From Nymphaea colorata (lineage: Eukaryota): 64,000 nt of DNA. Below the pieces are notes generated by a model. It saw nothing but the letters and a program-made list of their open reading frames with translations. It was not told the origin of the DNA and ran no database searches. The stretch is taken from the NCBI RefSeq assembly GCF_008831285.2, contig NC_045138.2, positions 13,888,001-13,952,000 on the forward strand, in the 5' to 3' direction. Position numbers and translations under genes: made by a program. This document shows positions 14,001-25,999 of the stretch, piece by piece; the first letter of the stretch is position 1, and every line of letters begins with the position of its first letter.

Positions 14001-15140
14001 ACTGAGCAAGTTGGTTGGGCAAGAAACAAGAAACTAGGGGCTCCGACCCAGATGGGGTGCCAAACCATGGACAAGTTGGGAAAGAAAGCTGACCAAAATG
14101 GTCGCCATCTGGTGCTTGTGCCTAAGCAATTAAGACTTGACACAATCACGTGACTCCCTAACTTGAAGCCTACAAGAGGTGAACGATCACCGGAAACCCA
14201 TTGGACTCAGGTAAAACCCAGACTCAGGCCACTTGGTACCAGTACTCTTTTCCCCGAATATTAAACAGGAAGACATGGACAGAGGACTGTGAATCTTCTT
14301 TGATATCTAAATTAAGTTCACTGACTACATATGAAATGTATTCAAAATTTTCTTATGAAAAATTGAAGATGGTCGTGTAATTTCTTAATTGTTTTCTTAT
14401 TATGTACCGATCACAAGGGTGGTTTCCACTGTGGAGCCGGAAAATGACGTATCCCTGTGGATAGCTTGTGAAGCAGAGCCTCTGACTTGGAACCGATTGT
14501 ATATGGGAATGGGAAGAAGACTCATGAGACCCCACATGAGCAACTGACCTAATTGCAAAGGTCACTGTTGAGCCCTCAGATTAACTTTACCCCAATCCAT
14601 GGTCCAAGAAACAATTGCCTGACAGACAACTCATGCAACCAGACCAACTTCAACTTGGCCTAGCTGTAGACTGCAATATAACTTTCCAAAGCCTCAAAAG
14701 GGAGATTAAAAGGATCCTCTAGACAGCTAAGGAATCTGGTTTTGAGCCTTCTTTCCTCAGCTGAATCCAGATTATGGTTGATTATGTCTTCTGCTAGGTG
14801 GACACAGTTACTGCGTGACACCAACCTGGATTTCATGAACTTGGTCCTGCTTCCCCTTGATAACCAAACATCAAGCAGGAACTTCTCAATCCAAAACTGC
14901 CATTGCCAGATTTTGGTCCATAGCCAATCATCATCTGCACTCTCTCTCTCTCTTTCTCTTCCCTCTCTTGGAATTAAGAGGCTAGCTCAAGGGGGATGCA
15001 CCCGCAACCACTTGAGGGCCACTGGCATCTGATAGGTATCAACTTGTTATATATGGACCCCTCCTACACACTATTTCCCCAGGAAAGAAAGCGAATGCCC
15101 AATAATTTTCAATTAATACGCACCTTCCTATTCCTTTGCC

Positions 15141-15148
15141 TTATATAG
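15141..15148 (+). promoter_or_regulatory. Candidate TATA box of first RAV gene
   Basis: TTATATAG ~115 bp upstream of ATG 15259, followed by a pyrimidine-rich leader. Confidence 0.4.
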
Positions 15149-15258
15149 ATGTCAATCTCCCCTCCTCATCTATCGCTCAATCCACAATTTCTTCTTTTCT
15201 CGAAACACTTTTCAACGTCATTTCACCATTTCCTGGCAGGTTTTCTGCTAGCTTCTAC

Positions 15259-16422
15259 ATGGCCTGCAACACTAGCATGGAAATATGCAGCCAACTGTCG
15301 AGCAATTGCTTCGAGCCCGTCGAATCCATGTCCAGGCTCGAAAGGCTCGGCAGCGGCATCACCACCGCCACCACTACCACCACCGCCACGGCCACCAACC
15401 TGGTGGTGGACTCTGACACAGGCGAGTCATGGCCACCAACGAGGAAGATCTCGTCCTCCAAGTACAAAGGAGTCGTGCCGCAGCCCAACGGCCGGTGGGG
15501 CGCTCAAATATACGAGAAGCACCACCGCGTCTGGCTCGGCACGTTCGCCACCGAGGCCGAGGCGGCGAGGACCTACGACGTCGCGGCGCTCAAGTTCAGG
15601 GGCAGAGACGCCATTACCAACTTCAAGGAGTCGTCGGAGGACGAGGTTCAGACGTGGTTCCTCGGTTGGCATTCCAAGGCCGAGATCGTCGACATGCTCC
15701 GGCGGCACACTTATCAGGACGAGTTCGTGATCGCGAAGCAGAATAGGAAGAGAAACATGACGGCCCTGGGCGTGACGGCCATGTGCGACGGAGAGCTCCT
15801 AGGGCGAGAGGAGCTCTTCAGCAAAGTCATGACGCCGAGCGACGTGGGCCGACTGAACAGGCTGGTGATTCTGAAGCAGCACGCCGAGAAGTACCTGCCG
15901 GCGGCAAAGCGGGAAGGGGTGCTGCTGGCGTTCGAAGACGAAGGCGGGCGAGTGTGGAGGTTCAGGTACTCATACTGGAAGAGCAGCCATAGCTATGTCT
16001 TCACTAGAGGGTGGAGCAAATATGTGAAGGAGAAGAACCTCAGGGCGGGGGACGTGGTGACCTTCGCTAGGTCCACCGGCGCAGACAAGCTGAACTACAT
16101 CAGTTGCACCGCGAACCCAGCTGCGCACAAGTTCCACCACATGACATTACACGATAACTACTTAATGTGGCAGCTCTTCCCCGAAAGAGAGTCTTCACCG
16201 CCGCCGCCGCCGCCGGCGCTGCAGCCACCACCGCCACCGACCGTGCCGGTGCCGCTCCAGCAGCCGCAGCAGAAGTTGGTCAGGCTCTTTGGGGTCGAGC
16301 TGGCCAAGACTCCAGAGGTTCATCTTCTCAACAGAAACAACAAAAGGGCGGGTGAGTTGGAGTTGACAAAGGGTGGGCGCCCTAACAAGCAAAGGGTCCT
16401 AGGTTTTTATGTCTCATGTTGA
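15259..16422 (+). CDS. RAV: RAV-family AP2/ERF + B3 domain transcription repressor (copy A, ~387 aa, intronless)
   Basis: AP2 domain [32 protein letters not shown]3 domain [19 protein letters not shown]...WRFRYSYW...[16 protein letters not shown]-terminal RLFGV repression motif. The first in-frame ATG is 15259 (ORF track starts at an upstream TTG). Confidence 0.95.
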   Translation: MACNTSMEICSQLSSNCFEPVESMSRLERLGSGITTATTTTTATATNLVVDSDTGESWPPTRKISSSKYKGVVPQPNGRWGAQIYEKHHRVWLGTFATEAEAARTYDVAALKFRGRDAITNFKESSEDEVQTWFLGWHSKAEIVDMLRRHTYQDEFVIAKQNRKRNMTALGVTAMCDGELLGREELFSKVMTPSDVGRLNRLVILKQHAEKYLPAAKREGVLLAFEDEGGRVWRFRYSYWKSSHSYVFTRGWSKYVKEKNLRAGDVVTFARSTGADKLNYISCTANPAAHKFHHMTLHDNYLMWQLFPERESSPPPPPPALQPPPPPTVPVPLQQPQQKLVRLFGVELAKTPEVHLLNRNNKRAGELELTKGGRPNKQRVLGFYVSC

Positions 16423-16476
16423 ATTATTTGTAATAAAATGGGTGCACATGATTTTCAATTTTCTTGCTCGATTGCT

Positions 16477-16510
<34 letters not shown>

Positions 16511-17215
16511 CAAGAGTACAGTAATTCCAATGCCCAAAGAAGTTGTGAATTGACGTTAAAGCCGTGCTCCTATAAAGTCGAGCACTATTAACTTTAATTT
16601 TTTGTAAAATTTGAGATACAACAAGGTCATGTGTCACTCTGTCGATCCTTAGCTTTTTGGCATTGACATCTTGTCATCATAGTCAGTTTTCCATTGAAAA
16701 TCAGTGTGCTTGAAAAACTTTTAGCTTTACATGTATAAAGACAGAGAGACAGATAATTCATATATATCTTCTTATTAAATAATCATATTGGTTGAGTATT
16801 TGATGAGAAGGTAAAGAGAGGAAGTGCATAACTATGTACATTCAAGAAAAGAAAAAGTACTTCTCTTCACACCACTAGAATGGTGTATTATTATGCTTAC
16901 TGCTCACATTTCTTTCCTTTCACAGAAACTGATCACCACTATACCCCATACTTTATAAAGAAAAATAATTCATGGCTGATGACATATATCCATTTACATC
17001 CTCGCTTTTACAGTAATACATTGTAATAACCGCATAATGAGATAAACACTAGTCAAAATTTTCATGTTCAACAAAAATTAGGTTGAATATATAGCGGCGC
17101 CCGGATCTTTATCTTAATCATTTGTCTTTGCCGCACTCAAATAACTCTCTTTTCTATCTACTTCAAACTTTGAGTACTGAACTAGATGAGAGATCAAATT
17201 GTTTCATGTTCTTAG

Positions 17216-17343
<128 letters not shown>

Positions 17344-19419
17344 AAACATGGGCAAGTTCCAAAAAAAGTGAAAAAGATACACAAGGCCTTAAATAAGAAG
17401 ACATGGTAAACACACAAAAGAAACAAGTTAGGTGTGCGCTGCAGGGGCCAATATAAAATCTTTTTCAGTAGCAACTTGCAAGAGCTGTCCAGGCTTTGTA
17501 CCTGCTGTAGCAGATCCAACACATGGGTTGTTGCATACATCACGAAGCCATATTCTCTTTTCAAAATAAATTGAAAACTCGGATCTGAGCTTTTCAATGA
17601 ATCTGCATTATCGGATGCATGATTTCAACCAAATAATGCGCAAATAAAGTCGCTGCTTCGTCCCAATGATTAATTTTCTTAGGAAAAATTAAGACGAAAA
17701 ATATGTGAGCGCCAAACAATAATTAGTTGGGACATGAAAAGTTATTGGAAATCATGTTTCATGTGGTAGACAAGACGAACTGTAGATTACGTCTCTCATG
17801 GGGACGCGGTTTTTTGCATGACAATATTTGTCTACCATGTGGGGGACTTGTACTCTAATCAGATCTGGTGCCATCAAATTCCTTTTTTTATCTTTTTTTG
17901 GGTACAATCAGATCTGGAATTGGGAGATCCATTATCAGGTACATGATTTTTTTTTTATAAAGTAATAGATATTTTAGACACTTTTTTAATTTTTTATTTT
18001 AATATAGTTATTTTGATCATTATGCACCACACCCCTGACTAAAACCTGCGGTTGGGGACGAGCTTTGGCACAACGGTACACAAAACTTGGTTTGACCACT
18101 GGTACAATTAGTTTGAAAATGAGACCGAATGTTCACTTCTTCTTCTTCTTCTTCTTCTTTTTTCTTTTGAGACTTCATCAATTTTTGAGTAAAAGAAATT
18201 GTCGTTGAAGGAAAATATTTCAGAGGGATAAAAGCAGGTGAATGAGTAAGAAAAGAAAAGTAGAAAGGTCGGAAAATGAGATTGGTTTATATAGAAGTTT
18301 GAAATCTAGAGGCTCTGAGATTTCATAAATGCACTAGTCTTGGAAAATCATTTCCTATTTGAGCAACGATTTCTTACTTCTGGTTAACAATCCATGGATA
18401 ATTGACAATGAGCGGTACTCCACAAGCTTCAGCCGCAAGTCGTATTTCATTAATCAAACTATCACATCATGTGAGCCGTCGTTTCCGCGTGCATACGAAG
18501 GAACTCGACCGAGAGAGAAGGTTGAAGAGTTTTGCCAAACGGTAAAGCGTCTCTCATGGGCAATAAATATGATTAATTTTTGAAGTAGATTTATGAGACA
18601 CTTACATAATGTATGTCTCTAACAGTGTGAATCTACCATACCTTTGAGGAATATTCATAAGATATTATGTCATATTCTTAAGACAGATTCACGGAACAGG
18701 AAGAAACTGTTCTCATTACTCAATCTCCAATTGATTGATGATTTCCTTCTCTGTTTATCACATGCATGCAGATGCATGTGTGTGTGTGAGTGCATGCACA
18801 TGTTCGTGTTGGTGCGAGCACATGCATAACGTCGTGCCTACACAAAGGCGAAATGGCTAAATTCTAAAACTGAGGTGTTTGGGTTGGACCCCAGTATTTG
18901 GCGTTTTATAAAACTCTACAAAATGTTGTGCAGTTTGTAATTATGTGCATAAAATGAATTGGCGTGACATATCTTTATTTGGGAGGGAAAAGAGCCTTGG
19001 GAAAACAAAATTTACTACCTAGATGCACTATCATTTTCCCCTTAGCCAAACGCTAGAACATCCTAACTGGTTATTATTATATTATGTTCATCCTCGCTAT
19101 GTCAAACGATCCATCATAGCTTTCTTACGACAATCATCGAGGTGCCAATACTCCAAAACATGTTCTGGACATCTCTTACCTCGAGTTTTCTGTATCATTT
19201 GTATTCGGTCTGCCTTTATGTTTCTTGTGCCTAGCCAGCGTACTACTGTCGGAATTTTCCTATTAGAACCAATGTCACTATTTTTTCAACAAGTTGTACA
19301 AAAGGTTTTACTATATACTTCAAGTAAAACATGTTTCATACTTTACAAATAGTCATGCATCCTTTTTTTTTTTTTTAATCATGAGGAGTACATGTTAAAT
19401 GACCAGACCAATATTTGGT

Positions 19420-19605
19420 AAGCCCGGGGCCATGGCCTCTTCTTAGGTTTTGGAAAAAAAAGAAAAATTACACTTATAATTAAAAAAAAAATATTATTTG
19501 ATCATTGTAGATATTTCAAAAAGTATTGTTCGGCCCTATACAAAATATGAAAATGGGATTCACTCTTTGTAAAAAAAAAAGAAAAAAAATCTATTTCTGC
19601 CCCTG
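19420..19605. mobile_element. Degenerate MITE of the CAGGGGC-end family
   Basis: Right end TTCTGCCCCTG with AT-rich core resembling 53387-53576; left end decayed. Confidence 0.45.
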
Positions 19606-21578
19606 ATACCACCTACCCTAAAATGAACCTGTCTACACGGGGCGGGGCCGCCTTGCCTCGGGCCAAGACAAGCCCATAGACAGTTTTGTTGTACGAAAAA
19701 GGCAGGGTAAAGGGTTGCTCCAAATATCTCCTGCTCCCCACAGGGGCGTCCAGCAATTACAGTTTTACAAGAGCCAATGGAGCCTACAGTCAGGCCCACA
19801 TAATTTCTTTTGTTTAAACATGGCTTCCTCTATATAATTTAGGTTATCATATATATATATATATATATGTAGAGAGAGAGAGAGAGAGAGAGTCCAATTT
19901 AATTGGATTGATATGTCACAAAGTAGTAACAGGGATGACTGGTGCAATTGAAATGGGAAATCAAGGAAACACAAGTTGCTAACTTCGCTTTAGCTGCCAC
20001 TGAGACTCGATACATGGTATGGCGAGAAATTATTTGAGCTGCCATCAAACAGTAAGAAGATGTACAATTGGTAATAATTGAATCTTGTCATATTTTGCAA
20101 TAATTTCCTAATAAGTGCATGTGGGAGGGGGCACTCTTTTTATGCTCTCCTATGAAGAGTAAGACCCATAACAAATAATCACCTCCCCATATAAGGAAGA
20201 AGGGGATGTTCAGTGATCAAATGACCAAGAAGCCCCTGGGTTAAATCGAAGAGACCCTATTAAAGGCAAAAAAAAAAAAAGGGAAAAAAAGTTTTTTTTT
20301 TTTTTTTAATGTTTTGTAAAACACTTGGAACACTTTTTCTCATAAATAACCATCCCACAAGATTGTGAGCAAATATAATGTGCTCTCCCGAGATTAATTT
20401 ATCGCCATGAAAGAAAAGATAAGGATATGATATAATAATATTGATGATGTGACTCTTTCCCTAATAAAAAAAAGTGGACCATGCTTGGCATGCCCTTCTA
20501 CTGAAAGATTGACGGGTTCACAGAAAATGAACTTGGAGAGGTCTAGGTTAACCAAGTGGGCTAGATAGAATATGGTCCGAATGAACACGGAGGGCCTACT
20601 GCTGGGCTCAGGTCCGACAGACCGACCCCATTGAGCCGGTCGTCCTGTAATAGCCAGGGTCAGGACTGGGCCCGGTTACTAAAAGAACCCAATGCTTTGT
20701 AAGGACCGATCTGCTAGGCCTAATCCTGGCGAAACAGCCTGGTTTCTGTAGGCCCATTTCCCTTTTTCTTTTCCTATCATAAATTCTTTTAAAACGTCAG
20801 CCATTTTGGTATATAAATTTGAATGGAATTTAAAAAGGATCATCAAAGTCCAGGTGCCGTTGGTCAAATATTTTTAACTTATAATTTTTCATGTTTGTTA
20901 TTACTATTTAATAATCGTCATAAATCACTGTTATGTTTTGCTAACGCACTTATTTAATCTCTCTAATAATTAAAAAATTTCTGATTCGATTCATTTCTGC
21001 TGACTTTGTGACTTTATATCAGCAACTAATCTAAACTCTGACTATTGCAATAAATCTTATAACATTTGGCAGCAACTAATATTGATCGATCAAAATGCAA
21101 CGGAGAAAAGAGAAATGGGATATTGCAAATATGATCAACGATATATGTATGAACAACGTGAAACAAAAGTTTATTTTTAATTTATGGCTTGAGATCAAGT
21201 GTTGCAATAAAATGTTCCATGAAAAAAGGCTTCTTGATACTTTTAAATATTATATACGCTAGCTTATGTTACAAAATAAAACTGGCTGCTTGGGGATAGG
21301 CCACATGCCTTTATTATCATACGGTAGCGTATATCGCCACTCAGTTTTAATCAGCAGTTAATATTTGGTATTTTTTATGGTTATGTGTTCAGGAAGGTCA
21401 ATTCAAATTGACTGGATCTGTTTGCGTTTAGATCCAAATTAGGATCAAACAGAGATATCGTAGTATGGATCCATTTTGTAATAGAATGGAGTCTGAATCC
21501 AATTAATTTGCACCCCCTGCTAGTCATATTTATACCTGGCTGCCTCAGGAAAAGGTGAAGTTGTGATGCAAGCTGAAC

Positions 21579-22001
21579 TAAGGATTTCAGTGGATCCGAT
21601 TCGGAACTAATCTCCGACCAAACTGTTTTTAAAAGTTTGTAAGAAATGACATGCATTCGGCTTTGAATCCGGTTTTAAATAAATATCTGATTGGACAACG
21701 GACATGAATACAGTTTTAGAAGAACATATATTCCATATCGAATACCAATACATTTTGATAGTCGGTTCTTAACGTATCAGTACGCATGCAATTCAGGTTT
21801 GGTTAGTTGTGTACTCAAAAGTTAGATTTGGATTTGGATGTGAATTCGAAAATCAAATTCAGATTATGAGTTTAAAGAATGAGACTTGGATATGATACAG
21901 ACTTTTTTCCCGTTCTTATTTGAATCCGAATATGTGATCATCCCATAACTTAGATACGGTAAAGGGTCCGTCTGGCTTGATCTGATCCATTAACATCCCT
22001 C
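21579..22001. mobile_element. Old ~420-bp hAT-type MITE related to the 27601 element
   Basis: Left TAAGGATTTCAGTGGATCCGATTCGG and right GATCTGATCCATTAACATCCCTC are degenerate versions of TIR TAGGGATGTCAACGGATCGG; 8-bp flanks AGCTGAAC/AACAGAAT match 5/8. Confidence 0.65.
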
Positions 22002-25000
22002 AACAGAATCTGCATTAAGGCGACGACCTAAAGCCCAAAAATCTACAGCAACCATGAATATAAATGGGTTGGTCTCGGGGCGAAGCAAAGATTGGTTTTT
22101 TTCAAAATTTTAAAAACTGTGAAAATTTTCTTAAAGGGGCTGACTATATTTTTTAAGCTGGCTCCTTGATTGGATCTTATTGACCTGCTGACATCCTCCA
22201 AACAGTGGCAGAGCTAAAAAATTTTTTTTATTAAGGAGCATTAATATTTAAATTTCAAACATTAAGATGCTCTCGCATGTTTTAAAAAATGTTAAAAAAA
22301 AGAGAAAATATTAGTACATAAATAATGCAAATTTATAGCAACAGCAACAGATTAGAGAGACTTATTTTGGATCCATGTGTATCTTGGACCAAATCAGCTC
22401 TCTTCGGATCACTTAATGGGATCTGGATTTGGATCTGTGACTTGATATCAGATTGGGTAGTTTTCAAGATTTTAAGTACTAAGTTTGGCCGCTACAAACA
22501 TTGTGAGATTAATACCAATTACCTTAGGCTTAGGTCCAATTCCAGCCCGACCCAATTAGAAATGGTCTCTTAATCAAGCCTGGCTACTGATCCGATTTCA
22601 CTTTGTAGGTCGGTTGTCAAAGGCACGTGACTTGAGTGCCCCCAATTATTTGTCCGCAACCAGCCTCATAACCTTTTAAAATTTCCACGTGAGTGCCTTC
22701 AATTATTCGTTTATTCACATCTGGTGGTGTTGTTAAGCACTAAGAATTCCTGAAACAATGAGTGATGTCCATGAATCGAGAACTGGAATTCCCTTGAAAA
22801 GACGGGCTGAGAAAGGGAAGGTGAGTGACGGGCGCTCTCTTCTCGCCATCCAAACACGTACTTGCTTTAGTACATGTGGTGGAAAACATTTCCCATTTCG
22901 AGAACTACTTTACCGAGAAAAGGACGAGCTGCGCGGTGGAAGTTTCCCAGATTTGGCGTATATTCCCTTGGACAAAAAGAGGTGTTTGTCAAACACAATT
23001 GAAGACGTCAAATTGAACGAAAATGACAAAACCCGGCTCCCCCTTATCTTGTGGTCTGTGGAGATCAAATCGTCCGTGGATCTGCCCTCTTGAATGGTCA
23101 CCATGCCATCCATAAATTCCAGCATGCCATCATACCCATGCATGGTCAAATCACAATGAATAATGCCAATATATGTATATATACACATCACGTGGACATC
23201 ATAAAGGAACAAATATTACCTTTTTTCTTATCCACCACCACCAGCACCATCATCATCATTTATCTTTACCATCATCCTCATAAGCTAAGGAAGCCACTCT
23301 TTGGCGTCCCAGGGGTTGAAACATGCTTGATGAGCCTTGAAGAAGATACATGTTTCATTTTTGTGATGCCATGGCCGTGCATGCATGGCTGGATTTCATG
23401 GAGGAAAGACGGATGCATGGCTGCCCACGAAGCATCATCCTCGCGATCATACGTTACCATGGCACAGAACAGAGACGTATTCTCTTATAACTTCTGATCG
23501 TGTTACATATTTATACGTTTGGCAAAGGACATCATCCTGTAGATAAAACCATAGAAAGAAAGAAAGAAATCACTTGGGCTCACAGAATTTATAACCAAAC
23601 CAAAAAAAAAAAAGTTCCGCGTCCTGTATCAGATGAATGGCAGCAATATCGGAATCCCAATCGCAACTAGGTTCGTTAATGAAGATCACTGATGATGGTA
23701 GCGAAAATAAGAAAAGTGTTTTGATCATTGCAGCTAGAAGTATATATATTCCTCTGAGATATTACGTTTCATTTTCGTGCACGCACAGTTGAAAAACAGG
23801 AAACTGCATTCAAATGGCGACCCCATCTTCAAAGATTTAAAGATCTCAGAGTATATAAACTAGTGGACTGCAGCAGTAGCAGAAGCCACCACGAAAAGGA
23901 GAGCAATGATGTAATAGCAATAACAATATTTAATGTCATATTAAAATATTGCGAGAGTTATATTTTCTCGCAGATCACACTTGCTTTATTATCATATTGC
24001 ATTTAAATTATGTGTACATACCTAATGTGAAACATGATGACGACAAATTGGCACGTTGTTGCTGAATGAGAAGACGTGACAGATTGGCATTTTCGCTTTG
24101 AAATTCAGAGGAGAAGGGAGAAAAAAAAATCTAAGCATCAATGATGATCTTGTTAAGTATTCTTCACCTTTCATTGGTTCTAGGCCCACTTTATTCTTTC
24201 ATTTGAAAATACCCTTGGAATTTTCTTAATTTGTGAAGAAAAAGGTGTTGGCCTAGAGAGTTCATGGAAACAGAAAATTTTCAACTATATATATCTATAT
24301 GTATTGCAGGAAGAAGAATTCTACACTTGCTTCAGCCTAGTAGTAAGGAAATTAAATTATATTTTGTATGTCAAAACTCACACATCCTTCATCTTGACTA
24401 TGTTAAACTGACTCATCTGCATGGCCAGGTGCTCCTGGAGCTCTTCCTAAATCCTAAAACAACCTAGCTATCATAAAACCTAACCAAGCCTACAAACACT
24501 TGCTGAGCTTAGCCAAGCAACCAAATCGAGTCAAATCCGCTACCGACCCGGTCAATTGGCCTCGGCACGAAAACCATTGGCTTCGATCTAGGCGGCTCGT
24601 CCGGCCAATGGCGATCTGCCACCTAATCTATCTCTCTCTCACTTTCACACACAAACTCACACTTTCTCTCTCTTATCTGGATTCCTCAAATTAAGAGGGG
24701 GTAGCATAGGGGGGATGAATCTAGAGTGTCCAAAGGGCCACTCACTCTCATGAGAGGATGATCAACTTGCTTCAAAGGTCCCACCCCTCATAACATGCCC
24801 CAAATTAGAAAATAATAGCCAAGAATTATTAATAAATGCCCACCTTTACCATATATGGACACTCCCTCTCACCTATTTTTTGTGACATATCTCCTCCTCC
24901 TTGGATCTTTCCTTCTGCCCATTTCTCCCTTCCTTCCCCTGCTTACATATACATATATATTCAGAGAGCACCGCAAAGAGGGAGATATATATATATATAT

Positions 25001-25042
25001 GTATATATTAATATATACACCACTAAGCTTGCCGACTCGGCC

Positions 25043-25999
25043 ATGAGGGGGCCGAAGAAACCCCGTAAGCTTGCCGTATCGGAACCTGACTCGGCGGCGT
25101 TATGTAGCGCAACAGGAAAGCTGCCATCCTCTCGGTACAAAGGGGTCGTTCCGCAGCCCAATGGCAGGTGGGGAGCGCAGATATACGAGAGGCACCAGAG
25201 GATCTGGCTGGGAACCTTCCAGACCGAGACGGAGGCGGCAAGGACCTACGACATAGCTGCACTCAAGTTCAGAGGCAAGGACGCGGCGGTCAACATTCTA
25301 AGCGTATCGGGGCAGAATGAGACGGAGGCCTGGTTCCTCGACTCGCACTCCAAGGCGGTGATCGTCGACATGCTCCGGAAGAACACATACGACGACGAGC
25401 TGTCCATGGCGAAGGCGAGCCGCGTCGATGGCCGGACGCCGTCCCGGGCGAGACGGGACGGGTTGGCGATGAACGGGGAGAGGGAGGAGCTGTTCGAGAA
25501 GGTGCTGACTCCCAGCGACGTGGGCAAGCTGAACAGGCTGGTCGTGCCGAAGCAGCACGCCGAGAAGTATTTTTCGGCGTCCGCCGGCCGGAGGCACGAG
25601 GCCATGCTGCTGAACTTCGAGGATGAAGGTGGCCGGGTTTGGAGGTTCAGGTACTCCTACTGGAACAGCAGCCAGAGCTACGTGCTGACGAAGGGATGGT
25701 GCAGGTTCGTGAAGGAGAAGAACCTGAAGGCGGGGGACGTTGTGACCTTTGGTAAGTCAAAAGGTCCGGAGAGGATCAATTTCGTAGGGTGGAGGCACGG
25801 CGTGATGCGAGCCAACGCGCATCCTGCACAGCCACCGTGGGACTGCACCATCCGGCCGCCTCAACGGCCGGCCAAGTTGGTCCGGCTCTTTGGCGTCGAC
25901 CTGCCAAGAACAACCGATGCTCCTGGAGGTGGCTGTGGTGAGAGCATCGTGGGTTTAGAGATGGTGAGAAGTAGCCGCTACCACGACCAAAGCTGTTAG
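25043..25999 (+). CDS. RAV: RAV-family AP2/ERF + B3 domain transcription repressor (copy B, ~318 aa, intronless)
   Basis: [24 protein letters not shown] (AP2); [25 protein letters not shown]...[16 protein letters not shown] (canonical RAV B3); RLFGV motif. ATG 25043 (GCCATGA) preferred over upstream ATG 24836, whose extension crosses TA repeats. Confidence 0.95.
   Translation: MRGPKKPRKLAVSEPDSAALCSATGKLPSSRYKGVVPQPNGRWGAQIYERHQRIWLGTFQTETEAARTYDIAALKFRGKDAAVNILSVSGQNETEAWFLDSHSKAVIVDMLRKNTYDDELSMAKASRVDGRTPSRARRDGLAMNGEREELFEKVLTPSDVGKLNRLVVPKQHAEKYFSASAGRRHEAMLLNFEDEGGRVWRFRYSYWNSSQSYVLTKGWCRFVKEKNLKAGDVVTFGKSKGPERINFVGWRHGVMRANAHPAQPPWDCTIRPPQRPAKLVRLFGVDLPRTTDAPGGGCGESIVGLEMVRSSRYHDQSC

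Noticed and set aside
13040..14260. Moderately GC-rich intergenic stretch with short ORFs, possibly retroelement debris
   Set aside because: No LTR pair, PBS/PPT or gag/pol motif could be recognised.
15149..15746. Alternative-frame and antisense ORFs over RAV copy A (likewise over copy B and the PPR 5' end)
   Set aside because: Expected by-products of high GC3 coding sequence.
24836..25042. In-frame upstream ATG extending RAV copy B by 69 aa
   Set aside because: The extension crosses TA repeats and promoter blocks shared with copy A's upstream region; probably not translated.
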